This document shows, one piece after another, positions 28,718 to 41,975 of a DNA stretch of 64,000 nucleotides. Both the position numbers and the translations under genes were made by a program. The notes under the pieces are model-generated. The model saw only the letters and a program-made list of their open reading frames with translations. It was not told where the DNA came from and made no database searches. Numbering within the stretch: position 1 is the first letter of the stretch; each line of letters starts with the position of its first letter. The DNA is from Paramecium tetraurelia (Eukaryota): NCBI GenBank assembly GCA_000165425.1, contig CT868676.1, positions 128,981-192,980 of the forward strand. The letters are read 5' to 3'.

Positions 28718-30375
28718 TCATTTTTTAAAGTAATTCTTTTAGGTAGTCTTGGACATGATGGATTTTAAAGGACTCACAGATCTCTATTACTTTTTGGCTG
28801 TGCATTATTGTGGACTCGATTGGGCATTCAAGATCTAGCTGTTTTCAGTTAGCAATAGCAAATTTTTGGTGATATTAATTTCATTTTATTGATTGTTTTC
28901 AGAAGGTGAGTGCTAAGATCTTCTGATGTCTTCAAAGAATGTGAATGTTTTATAATCATTTTTGACATTTTCCAAATCAATTTCAAATGTTTTATTTTTG
29001 GTTGAATTCAAATTCACAAATTGTTATACAGTTTGATAGGTTTGACGACTCTGAAAATTGCGAGAATATATCTATGGACTGAAGGAAGGTGTTATGCTTT
29101 TTTTTATTTTTAGTAAATTCTATTCCTTCTCTAACTATTTATCCTTCAATCTGTCATAAAAAGGTTGCACTACCATCTATATAGATTTCTTGTTTATCTT
29201 AGGAGAACAACTTCTGTTATTAATTTAGTCTTCTTTTTACTTGATTAATTGCTATACTTGTTTTTCCTACATTTTATATGTATGAATTATACAGTTTTAT
29301 TTTTATAGTCCAGATTATCCTTATAGAATTGGTCGGGAGTACGTATTTTTTGATCCTTATTTAATATTTACGGATGGAATGTAGCTCCTTCCAATTGATC
29401 CATCTCTCTCTTCTAATCTAACCGCTTCTTCTATTCCTCTATCCACTTCCATTTGGCCTTCTGCAATTAGGTCTATCTTTCATGTATGTCTCCAATCCAA
29501 TTAATTTGCTTTTATTGAGCATATTAATCTTAACTCTTGAATTTCAATTCTTGTTCCTTCTCCAGGTACTTTTTTTTATTTATCTCATACTCTTCAAATC
29601 TCTACAATTATAACCAACTCTTGTGTTGCATTTGCGATTGTTTCATGAATTATTAACAGATAATTTAAATATAAACATTTTCACACATTGAATCCCATAT
29701 AAGCAGATTTTCCAAAACTCCTCTGCTTCGGTTAGGATTATTGGGTCTTTATTCTCCTGGAATTGTCACCAAACAACGTCTTAATATGCTATAGATTCTC
29801 CTCTTGTTTCTACTGCATTTCAATCATGTGATCCAACCTCTCAAGCAAAGCACTTCTTTCCTTCATGATAACCCAAAAATTACTTGATTGCCTTCACATT
29901 TATACTTCTGTAAGTTATCAAATAATAATTTGTTCTGTAATTCCAATTATTCCGATTTTTCCCTTAATTTAGAGATCTATTGAGTCAAAGTATCTAATTT
30001 GTTTTCAAGATTTTTTTCTCTTAAAAAGGCATTCGCATTCTAAATAAAATCCTTTTATTGAAATCCAATCATCGAACTTACATGATTTAAATGACATGGT
30101 TTTTTTAGAGTTTTTTATAAATCCTCATTCGATTAATGTCTTATTTTATGAATCCCTCTCTCAGAACTTTAATTTCTAAAGCTCTGCCATCCTGAACAAG
30201 GAGATTTAGAAACAAATTTCTCGTTTTTAACAATCTTACTATCATCAGCTATATCCACCAATTAGAGTTTTGATTTAGAAGACTTTTTCATAAGCCTTTA
30301 CAGAATTTCTTAAGTATTAAGCGGAGTTTATTTAATAACATTTCTAGGCGTAGGTTATTAAGGTTGCTTATACAT
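28718..30375 (-). CDS. Hypothetical coiled-coil protein
   Basis: ATG 30375 MYKQPQQPTPRNVIK...; contains EGATFHPQILNK and SPKINKKS..VVQPFYDRL segments; stop at 28718. Confidence 0.65.
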
Positions 30376-31127
30376 AATGATCAAATTTTGATGAATTTAT
30401 TATCTATTTAATATATTAATTTTTGATTGCTCAAAAGTTTTATAAATAAAAAGGATAAATGCTTATCTCACATATTTGAGTTTACAATTAAGGTAACTCT
30501 TAGTACTGAAGTATTATTAATCCATATTATTTTTATGTTGTTCACTTTTTTGTATTAAAAAATAGAGAGAATATAGAAATGATAATAGAAACATTCATAG
30601 CCATATTATCTCTAGATAATTTTATGGAAAATTAGTTAATATATAAATATCTTGATTTCAATTAGGTTTTACAAGTCAAAGAGACATTGTTAAGATTTTG
30701 ATAAAGAATTCTCCTTAAAAATATGTTTTTTTTGTATTCTTATTAGTGACAATAACATAAATATATAATTTATAACTTAATTAAAGATAATGATACCATG
30801 CTTAAGGAATAATAAAGGTTGAATTTAATGTTAAATAAGAATACTTTTATGTGTAAGATAATTTGATATATTATAAAAATAGACTTTCTTCTAATTAATA
30901 CTATTCATACTATTTTTAAATATCAAAAATCATAATGATTTTGGAAGTAAACAAAATGAATCCTTTTGAAATAGTAATTTATTTTTCTTAATCTATTATA
31001 TATGCTGTATGGCGAATGGAAGTCCTTAAGGTATCACATCTCTCTTATATTTACTTATGAGTAATCCTCTTTGGATACTATTCTTGGTAAAGGAAATAAT
31101 CCTTATAATTTAATTTTATTATTTATT

Positions 31128-32541
31128 ATGGCTGCTTATTCTTTTGGAACATCTAATCAACGACCACCTCCTAAGGTTGAATAAGCTCCAGGAGTAGGGG
31201 TATGAATAGTGTTATCATTAGAACTACAACCCTGATCGATATCCTCATTAAAGACCTCCTTCTTGGAAGTAAACAATAATCAGTTAAACTTAGAATTGGA
31301 ACTGCCAATAGAATTGGATTGCAGATAGCTTTTCAACCTGGGCCAGGCTAATATGAGCAACTGCAAAAAGCCATAGTAAAATTATATATCTTATTAGTAG
31401 AAAAGGAAAAAGCCTGAATTCTCAATGGGAGCTAAATTTTAAAACCACACAGAAGTGGGCAAGGGAATCACCCGTAAAATAGTAATTAAGATTTAGCTGG
31501 ACCTGGTGCATACAATCCAGACTTTAAACCTCTGCAAAAGTGCGCTTCCAGTTATAGCATGAGAAATAAGCCATAATTGGGAGGAATTGATGACAATTTA
31601 AGAGAGCTAAAGAATGGGCCTGGCCCTGCTGCATATGAGACTAATTATTCGACTGTCCTAAGCAGACCTGCATCCAGAATTGGGAATCAAAATAGAGGAG
31701 GCTTCTATGATACCAAACCCTTTATTCCTGGAGTTGGTAAGTATAATGTGCGTCCTTCAACGTCGGGACCCTATCATAGATTTGGAAATGCCTTAAGAGA
31801 TTCAACCTTTACTGAAAGAGTATAGACTCCAGGACCTGGCCAATATATGCATCAATCGCACTTGAATCTCAAAGCAACAACCATCAGTTCCAAGCGAATA
31901 CCTACAGCAACTGATTCAGCTCCAGGTCCTGGACATTATGATCCTTCCACTGATTTTACAAAGCGAACTGTTCCTGGGGGTAGGGTTGGAACTGCAAAGT
32001 AGAGATAGGTCTTTGATGCACATTACACTCCAGGACCTGGACATTATTAATCTCAGAGTGCTACTAAGAGAAGACCTCCCAGTTATAAGATAGGTTCAGA
32101 ATAAAGGAGACTTGTAAATTAGTAGGAAGTGCCAGGTCCTGGAACATACGATATTAGTAGAGATGGGGGAAGCAAAGGTTATACTCTGAGACCCAAATAC
32201 ACAGATAGATTGCCAGATGGTACGCCAGGCCCTTTGGATTATCATCCTAATGTTTCATAGACAAAATCGAGACCTTTGTCATGCAGAGTTGGAACTGAGG
32301 CGAGGGAGAAGAGCAAAATGAATGACAATCCTGCTCCAAATCATTATCAATTCAATTAAGCAAATCCAGGACCGAAATTCCCGTATATCTAGAAATAATT
32401 ATTTTGTTTAGATTCGGATCAGAATCGAGAGTAACTGATAGAAATGATGTTGGACCAGGACCTGGAACATATAACATTCCACCTTATTTTGCTAATGTTC
32501 CTAATTATCTAATTCCAAATAAAAGCCATATAGATTTGTGA
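31128..32541 (+). CDS. ODF3/SHIPPO-1 (STPGR) repeat axonemal protein
   Basis: More than ten PGPGxY-type repeats (PGPGQY, PGPGAY, GPGPAAY, PGVGKY, PGPGHY, PGPGTY); several tiny introns. Confidence 0.9.
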
Positions 32542-32569
32542 TATATATCTATTATATATGTAATATCAT

Positions 32570-32952
32570 TCAACCCAAGAAATTAATCACAGTCAAAAAA
32601 AGCACAACCATTGCTGCCAAATATTCCCAAAAGGCTCTCTCATTCGAAATTTCCATGTATTTGGTTTCGGGATTCAATTATTTCCTCAAACATACTAATG
32701 ATGAATATTGAAATGCATACTATTTATTATCATGGCTCCAGCTGCTGCAAATATTCCAGATAGAAATGAGTTTCTTGGAAAGTCACCTACCAATGCACAA
32801 TAAAACAATTGAATTATCACTAATATGAAGCAATACAAAGAAAAAGCATCCATGATTTTCAATTTTTATGGAGTCTTAGTTGAATATTATTGCCAAAATG
32901 AAGCTGCAATTCCAAGTAATGAATTTTCGTCAACAAATTTAGTTTCAGACAT
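32570..32952 (-). CDS. DAD1: Oligosaccharyltransferase subunit DAD1/OST2
   Basis: YSTKTPQKLKIMDAF...QLFYCALVGDFPRNSFLSG...CLRKQLNP...ISNERAFWEY...TVINFLG-TGA; one intron. Confidence 0.95.
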
Positions 32953-32982
32953 GAATTTATTATTAAATCAATAATATTTAAA

Positions 32983-33622
32983 ATGAATTTATTGTATTAG
33001 AAGAGATCGAATTCTAATCAGAGTTTAATAAAAGCCCAGTAGAGAATTTCGAGAATTCAGAAGCAAAGAGAGGCGAATCAGCATCTAGTTAAACAGAAAT
33101 CTTACTCGATTTTATAATTCCAGATGGAGAATGATGGGAAAATATGCATTAAGACCAATAGGAGATTAATAAGATCGTATTCTGCGATTAGGTAAAATGA
33201 GAAAGTGGATACTAAGAATAAGTTGTTTTCAAAGAACAATTCATAATTGCTGTATTCTCCTCCGAAGATTCCTTCTCCAAAACATTCTTTGATGCTGCAA
33301 AAGAAAACTGTGCTTACCAAATTTCCTCAGAATGTCAGAAAATCTTAGCAATATTTATTAAATGACATTTTATCAAATAAACCAATCAATCAATTTGTCA
33401 CCAAAAGAACTAACATTGAAAAATCACAGCCTTAAGTTATTTCTCAGAAAGTGTCTCCATCACCTTCTACATATCCTTTGTATTAGAATATTTATATTCA
33501 ATAAGATTGTTTTCTGAAATTTAAAAGGATCCAATGAAATACCTTCATCAAGCCCAACAATTTTCCATTTTATATAATTAAAGCTATTTACGTAAGTTAC
33601 TCAAACATGATCAAAGATAATG
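32983..33622 (+). CDS. Hypothetical S/K-rich protein
   Basis: ATG 32983 with an open code-6 frame. The 3' end depends on a possible intron at about 33480-33505; otherwise the stop is at 33537. Confidence 0.55.
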
Positions 33623-33670
33623 ATAAAAAATATATTTTATTTAATATTTACTATTTTTCTAAAATCTATC

Positions 33671-34513
33671 ATGGGTAATTGCGAATCTCAAGATACACGT
33701 ATATGCTCTGAAGAATTTTAATCAATACCTCTTCCCAATTTATAATAAGAATTTACTGATGAATTTACTCGGCAGGAAAATTAGGTTACCGTCAGTTAGT
33801 CCAAGAAAGATTTTGATGCAGATTTACCAATTTAGACTACCTAAAATAATTTAAACTCACATCCCCTCTCCAAAACGCTCTATATCATTTATAATAAATG
33901 TCGGATTGAGAGACCAATTGAAGTGGAAGACGGAACATATTAGGGATAATGGTTTGCTGGGAAATAATGCGGTTTTGGCCGTATGTATTACAAAAATAAA
34001 GACTATTATGAAGGATTCTGGCTGCTTGGTCGAAAACACCACATGGGAATTTTCATTTAATTGAATTAGCAACCCCTAATTGGAGAATGGTTCGACGATA
34101 AATTCCTCGGAACAGACATATCTCCCAATCTTACCAAAGATCCTACGCTCTCTTATTCTGATTTACTTAATGTACTTCTATTATTTACCATTATGCAGCT
34201 CCAACCCGTTCAAATCCAGGACTCGCTCTATTATGGGCAGTACTCAAACAACGGCAAACAAGGCCTTGGGTTGTGCTTAAAAAAAGGCGAATACAAATTT
34301 ATTGGGTATTTCTCTAATGACAAAAAACAAGGCTATGGTATTGAAATCACCAAGAATGAAGTTTATAGAGGTGGTTTTAAGGATGGAGTCAGAAGTGGTC
34401 TGGGTCATCTCAAAAAGAATAAGAATTTTTTTATAGGTAAGAATTATATAATATTATAAGGCTAGTTTGAAAATAATTAACCAACGACTAATGGTATTTC
34501 AATTTAAATTTGA
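33671..34513 (+). CDS. MORN-repeat protein with MGNC lipidation-like N-terminus
   Basis: YQGQWFAGKQCGFGR, YYEGFWLLGRKHHMG, YYGQYSNNGKQGLG, FIGYFSNDKKQGYG and YRGGFKDGVRSGLG repeats. Confidence 0.88.
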
Positions 34514-34543
34514 GTAATTTTAATAAATATTTGTTTTTTTATT

Positions 34544-36285
34544 ATGGATCACTTATCTCAAAGACAATTACTACAATTACTGTATGAAAAGGATTGTTAT
34601 ATATAAGCACTTGAATAGCAATTGGAATTTAGTAGACAAGAGGTCTCAATACTCAAAAGCCAAAAATAATCAATAATTATTCAAAATCTTTCCTCTGATG
34701 AAGATTGCAATCTGGACGAGAATTCAGAACCTGCGATTAGTGATAGTCGAGTGGAATAGTTTTAAAGTTCAGGCAAGAAGATTAAATTAAAGGCTCCTCT
34801 CTAGGAAAGCAATAATTTTAATGTGTCCTAATTTAGACAATCCACTCAATACTTAAAACAGAAAGTCTTGGACTCATTTGATATCTAAAATGTCACCACT
34901 GACAATTTAAAGCTCCTAAGAAACAATGATTAATTATTCGATGATTTGTTCATTCTCGGATTGGGACTAGAATTGTCCAATGACCCATAAGTGATTTACT
35001 CATACAATTAAGTTAGTAATTATTCATCATCAAACTAGAAAACCAATAATACATACTCCAAATATCAAAATTCATATTCCCAGATGGATGCAAGCCCAAA
35101 GTCATACCATTGTCCTTCAGCCTAGAAGATATCAATCTAATGATGAACCAAAACTATTCAATTGATTCTTCTAATTGCTTTGTTATTCTCACTAAGTAAA
35201 CGGAGCAACAACAGTTGAAGTACCATATTTGTTATCGTTACACTGACTTTACCATTATAAACCCAGAATCAGTCAGATTCAGCAAAAGAGCCATCTGTTT
35301 TTCAACTAGCAGATATCTAATTGACTTCTATTAACAAATACTAATTGTAATATTGTCTTAGTTGAAATGCATGAGGACTAACTTGTATTTAAGAACAAAA
35401 AACATTACCTAAGCAGACACCAATTTCTTTGATAAGAACATTGCTTAAATAAGTTTTAGGATCTTGTCTTAGCTTACTTAGAAGAACCCTCCCAATTTCA
35501 TTACCATTAATAATCAAGAACTAAAAATATGTGAAAATGATAATATCCTATGGGTATTAATATTTGAAATATTAGGGAATTCCACAATTATTTAAGAAAT
35601 TGAATTCATAAAGTCTGATCAAAATATTTGTAAGTTGTTTAATCGAAAAATCAATTGTATTTGTTAGTAAATCACCCTAATTGTCCACTGCCGCTTGTTT
35701 ATTGTGCTAAAAGTATTTGCTTAAACCATTTGCTTGGATCCATCCTATCATAAGTAACTTGCCCTTGGAAAACATAGTGTACTTAGGAAGTCCAGTGCCA
35801 ATAATCGCAGGTTTAGAATGTGTAATTATGATTGATAAACCTAGAATTTTTCAACTCTTTAGAGTCAAGGACTAATAGATAAGTTTTAGAATACTATTTT
35901 TATTAACTTGGATAGCAAGCTATAAATATAATTTGGAAACACAGATGCCATTCCTCTATTATCAGCAGAATTAATGACATATCTATTGGGAAGATTGGAT
36001 TCCTACTTTTAAATAGTACAGTCAAATCATAGCAATTACAGTTAATGTCTGTAAATTTTTAATTAGTTGTTTCACGCCAGAGTTATAAGAAATATCCCAA
36101 TAGAACCAATTAGACAACATACAAACTCATCATCTAAGAAACCTAATAAATCAATTCTAGATTATGAGAAAATCGCAGCAAAAACATTATAAAATATGGG
36201 TACAATCAATGCAGATAAAGTAATTTGGAAGTAGTTCTTTCAAACTTAAATTTTTATTTAATTTATTGATTAATATTATCATTGA
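34544..36285 (+). CDS. DENN-domain protein (Rab GEF family) with N-terminal coiled coil
   Basis: ISKFIFPDG, CLIEKSIVFVSK and LLKPFAWIHPIISNLPLENIVYLGSPVPIIAGL are typical uDENN/cDENN motifs. Confidence 0.85.
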
Positions 36286-36837
36286 ACAATATATAATTAT
36301 TTTATATTAACTTAATTACATTAAATAAATATCATTTATTATCATTAACCAAATCTAAGTTGGTTATAGTTTATATTTAAATTTGTATAAAATGGTAAGG
36401 AAATAGAAATCGCTAAATTAAAGACACTCAAAAAAAGAATCAGAATCATTTATTTATACAGTTTTTTATTCAACGTGGATATTTCTTTAAAATCATACAC
36501 TTTTTACCTCAAGAAAAGTTGTAAAATTGAGTGGTTGATCGATGAAAAGAATGCAAGTATCAATTATTTTGAGAACAATGTCTAAAATCAATTTGTCATG
36601 TATTTAGTCTCATTCATCAGAAGCGATAGTTCCAAGTGTTGATCCCTTCTTATCTGTCTTTTTTTGAGATGTCTTATATTAACTAAGATTATTATATATA
36701 TATAAAATAGTTATATTGTTATGGTTAATTGAATGTAATTCTAATGAATAATACATTCTGAACCTAATGGTGTAATATTAGATTAGAGTTAATATAATTT
36801 AATATAGTTTGAATAACAGATTAAATAAAAAAATAAC

Positions 36838-38319
36838 ATGAGTTCAAATGCAACTGCTGAGAGATTAAAGCATGTTTAAGAGTTGAGGAAGGCTCACTTT
36901 CACTTTGGATTTGATGAAGACACAAATCATCAATCTGTGGCAAAGCAACCTATGCCAATGTAGAAGACAGCTAAAGTGAGACCTATGACATCTGTTGTGG
37001 AGAAGGATTAAAAGTTGGAACAACAGTAGCCCCAGTAGCCAATATAGGCTCCGAAATTGCAACAAAATCATTTTCATTTGGGAGATGACAAACCGAAATT
37101 AGAGTCCATTTAAAAATCTGACTTTTAAAGACCTTAGAGTGCAGCTATTGCGAAATTAAGTGATGAAACCAAGAAGGATTTACGATCTCATCATTTCTAA
37201 TTAGGTTACCATGATACCAATAAGCCAACTGAATATGAATAGAATTTTGGGAATTAAGGCAAAAACAATTTTAAGAAGGCTGATAATGCAGATTTACGTT
37301 AAACATCATCACGACTTTGGGGATACAAATAATTACTACTCGTCGATGTATGATACAGTGCACAACAAACAATATGACAAGGCTTTATTAGGCTAGGGAT
37401 ACTCAAAAGAAAGAATGGCAGAAATGAATGTGCAATTAAGGAAAACTCATCTGGTTATGGGAAGAGATGACAATGGTTACACAACCCAGAATTAAGCTAT
37501 ATATGGGAAACCATAAGTGCAAGTCAACAATTTCCAAGACAAAACCTAACAACTAGTTAGAAACACGCATATAACTATGGGCACAGACAGAGTCGAATAC
37601 ACAAGTTAGGCTAAGGCATCTCATGTAGGCAATTAAGGAGATAGATCCATATTAAATGAGGCACAATTAAAGGATTTAAGAGCAACTCATTTTTAAGTAG
37701 GAAATGAATAAGCTGTCAACTATCAATCAGCTTATAGATCCTAGTTCTCAGATAGAAAAGGACAATAAGAATAGGTTAGGAATCCTTAATTACAATCAAA
37801 TCATTTTGATCTTAAAGATGAAGTTGTGAGACCTACAGTTTAAGAACATTATAAAAGCACATATAATCAATAATTTGATGGATAAAAGGCTGAGAAAGTT
37901 AATCCAATAGTGGATAATTCTAAGAATATCATGATCGGAAATGATAAATTGAGTTATTAGAGTGAGGCTTAAGCAAGGTTCAGAGATTTCCATTCGAAAC
38001 CAGGAAAATTGTAGGAAGAAGTCTAGGCTGAGTTGAGGAAACATCACTTTAAATTTGGAACTGATGAAGACACTACAGAATCAGTGGCAAAGGCATAATT
38101 CAAGAATCCTCATGGATAGCCAAGTAAGATGGATGCAGAAATGAAAAAAGTAAGTTTATTGTTCATACATAGGATTTGAGAACTCATCACTTTTAATTAG
38201 GATATTGTAGAAATGATTACTAAACTCATTAGAAAGAATTCGGATCAAAACAAGGGCCACCAAATAAGTTACCTCCAGAGATGGCATAGAGAGTCAGATA
38301 GAGTTCATATTAGAATTGA
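36838..38319 (+). CDS. Repeat protein with LRxxHFxLG units (TEX45/SAXO5-like candidate microtubule inner protein); apparent +1 frameshift at about 37300
   Basis: Repeats LRKAHFHFG, LQQNHFHLG, LRSHHFQLG, LRKTHLVMG, LRATHFQVG, LRKHHFKFG and LRTHHFQLG; intron near 38150-38172. Confidence 0.75.
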
Positions 38320-38385
38320 TTATATATATTGACATATTATCGATTTTAGTTAGAATAGTGGTGGTTATATTTTAATCGAATAATT

Positions 38386-40387
38386 ATGATTAATCCTTAG
38401 ATCACAGTATTTAATGTGTTCTTTCGGAAATTAGATTTTCTTTAGAATTTCTCATTTTATAGGAAGCTCAATCCAGAGAAGAGACAAAGATTAGTTTCAA
38501 TTTGGAGAAGAGTGTTTCTGGCTTCTTATTTTATAGGAATAATGAGATCTTTTTAAAATAGAGTGAAGATTTATGGAGCAATCAGATAAGATGATCACAT
38601 GGATTTGATAGAGGACGAAGTTTTTAAATCAAACTAAGAAGAAAAGAAGGTATACGTATTTTACCCAGATGAACAATTTAAAACTGTTTGGAATATGTTG
38701 TTGATATTTTTATTATTGGCCACTGCAGTCATAACTCCATTTAAAGTTTGTTTCGTATGAATTTACATAACTATTAATAGATTGATTCTGGAAACGAAGG
38801 TTTTTGGTTTTGGGTGGATGTTATATTTGATGTTTTGTTCTTTGCCGATATAATCATCAACTTTTTGAGTGCATTCTATGATGAGGAACAGAAAATTGTC
38901 GACAATTATAGATTGATAGCCAAATAATATTTGTATGGATGGTTTTCAGTCGATGTCATTGCAGTCTTGCCAATTACCTATTTTCTAGATGACAATACTG
39001 ATACCGCAGCCCTTAGATACAATAAATTGCTGAGACTGATTCGATTGCCTCGACTCTATAGATTGGTTCGTTTACTCAAGATCTCCAAAGCTAACTTGAA
39101 CATCAAAAACAAAACATAGGCTGCCAGAATCCTATCTTATCTGGGAATCAATGAAGGCATCATCAAGGGACTTATTCTCTTGGGCAAAATCTATATTGAT
39201 CAATCATCTCATTGCCTGCTTTTGGTATTTCATAGCAAAATTCAATGAATTCGATCCTGACACTTGGGTTGCCTAAGCGAACCTTGAAGATGCAACTCTA
39301 TATAACAAATACATTGCTGCCTTTGAATGGAGTTTGCAGACTCTCACTACTGTGGGTTATGGCGATATCAAGGCTACTACTATTGAAGAACGAGTATTTG
39401 CTATAATTTGGATGATCTTTGGAACTGGGTTCTTTTCATATACTTTGGGAAAATTGTCATCTATTTTGGAGAACGTGGACAAAAAGTGGGTAGATTTTGA
39501 GAGAAGAATGCATTTGTTTAATGATTTCTCAGTGAGAGTGAAATTGCCATATGCTTTGAAATGCAAAGTACACAAGTATTATAGAAATAACTACTTGAAA
39601 AATGTGTACTCTTCTCTCGATCCTAAAAAATTGATTTAGGAACTCCCATCTTAAATTCGTAATGAATTGTTGATGATTTGCTATAAGTATTTGATTGACA
39701 GTGTCTCCTTACTCAAGATAGATAAGAATTTCACAGCCACCATACTACCTCATCTCAATTTCTTAGAAGTCCATCCTGGAGAGATCATATATAGACAGGA
39801 CGACCCTCCAACAGACATATACTTTATTGAAAAGGGGAAAGTCAATTTTGTTACTCATGACAAATACACATTGATTACCCTTTTGGAAGCATCATTCTTT
39901 GGGGAAATCGAAGCATTTGAAGACATCAACAGAGAATATTTTGCCATTGCCAAAGAACCAACCAATTTGTAATTTGTATTATCAATAATCTATAGATTCT
40001 TCTGTTCTTACGATATTTTTAGGAATCTCCTTAAGGAATTCCCCACTGTGGCTTCGGAAGTTAAAATAATTTATGATAAAAGGAAATCCAAATATAAAAC
40101 TTGTCTCTACATGATTGAATTGCAGAGAAAACGAAACTCTGGATCAGATCCAAAAGAAGTATTCATCAACATCTATGTAGGAACTACAAAATAGTACTCA
40201 ATATTATTTGGGATTGATTGCTCAATATGAAGAAGAGTAGAACAAAATGAATTCAACCAAAGGCTTGGTTAACACGAAGAAGAAAAGCGTGCTCGATTAA
40301 TTTTCTTTTAAGAAGAAATAATAAAAAATGTCTGTGTTTCAAACAACTCAAATGAAATATAATTAAATAATATATAATAAATTATGA
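38386..40387 (+). CDS. Voltage-gated K+ channel with cNMP-binding domain (KCNH/CNG-like); apparent +1 frameshift at about 39192; 3' end uncertain
   Basis: S4 LLRLIRLPRLYRLVRLLK, S5 NHLIACFWYF, pore TLTTVGYGD, CNBD PGEIIYRQDD..IYFIEKG..SFFGE. Confidence 0.9.
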
Positions 40388-41975
40388 AACAGCAAAAAAA
40401 GTTAGTGCTTCATTTCGATTTGAATAAAACTATACTGTTGGCGGATTCCAAATATACAACTCAAACCAAAGAAGAATGTGTATGAAAAGACATCTTTAGT
40501 TTTAGTTGTAAGAAATCCTGGTTGGATATGCATGGGGTAAATTAGAATAGAGGGATGAGAAATCCCCAGTCCTATGGAAATTATTAACAAACAACTTCAC
40601 TCCAATCAGACCCAGTGAAGATATGATCTCTTATAAGGAATACATATGTTAATAATTTCCACTCAAAACTGAAGGAGATCCAGATGATATTACAGAATAT
40701 AATAACAGTGCCATGTAAGATAGATTAATAATTTATACTAGAGAATAACGCAAGCAATTATATTTTCAGTTTGTTAAATTAGGATAACCATGTATGAAGT
40801 TGAAACCGGAATATGACAGGATTGTCAAATTGATTGTACAGTTTGCATTATTAACATGTATTAGACTTTGCCAAAGGCTGTGATTGAAGAGTTAAAGTAA
40901 TAAGCTGAAGAATTTGGATTCCTGAATGAGGATGAGGTCAAGTAACGAAATCTAACTTAATTGTTATCGGACAAGGATATGCTCAATAATTTATTTTCAG
41001 ATAATAAATATCAATTGTTGCCTACATTTTATAAGACAATAATCAATTTGAAGAAATAAAAGAGAGAATTTGCAATAGTATTTCGACCATTTGGAACAGA
41101 TCCAAAAAACATTTTGAGAGAATTTAATAAATTTTGTTTAGGAGAACATCCATGCTTCAGTGGTAGAAACAATACTCCCATAGTTAAATTTGATGGATCA
41201 AAAGGAACTAAGAATTATATTATATTGGATAAACAATGTGCCTTAGTTTATAGACTATAGAAATAATTAGTGACAGGAACTTTGAGAAGAACAGATAAAT
41301 AACAATTGGAAGATGGATATGAAAAGGAATTGGAAGAAGAATAAGTCTAAATATACAATGAAACTCAAATGCTCTTAAAGATTACAGAATCATTGAAGGA
41401 GAGTTGTGCTTTGTGTTATGTTGATGATTATCAGTTTTATTAAGCATAACCAAGTGAATAGAATGCTAAATAATTGTATGTTGATTAATAAGATCCTGAT
41501 ACACTTCACATATTTTTTGATGATGGAATTCAAGAGTAATTCTTATTTAATAAAACATAGAAATGAAAATAACTTAGTTTAAGTTACAGACTGTGTGACA
41601 TTGGAAGATCTAAGCAGAAAGAAGTGTTTGAATAAGTACTTAGTACATGTGGACATTTTGGATGTTATCAAAGATCCTGATTACTTCATAAAACAAATTG
41701 AAATATGTGAAAGAAACAGAAATGATGAAATTGAAAGAATAGAAAAAGGAATCCCTGAAGAATAAGCTGAGATACCCAAGAAGAGTGATTGGGAATTGTT
41801 GGAAGAATGCTCTGATGCTGATTATCTACGTAAGACAATCCTGCCATTGTTGATGCCTGCCTTATAATTAGTAGACATTGAGAGACCTAAAGATCCTCTT
41901 GAATTCATCGCCATGTATTGTTTAAAGAACAAAGAGATGGTTAAAATTCCATAACCCCCTGAATAATAAGAATGA
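40384..41975 (+). CDS. HAD-like domain protein with C-terminal Dpy-30 motif
   Basis: KKLVLHFDLNKTILLAD, FAIVFRPFG and HIFFDDGI; C-terminus DYLRKTILPLLMPALQLVDIERPKDPLEFIAMYCLKNK; four tiny introns. Confidence 0.8.

Noticed and set aside
31128..32541. Recurring CCAGGACCTGG-like DNA motifs resembling a CRISPR or repeat array
   Set aside because: They encode PGPG peptide repeats, vary at synonymous positions and are irregularly spaced.
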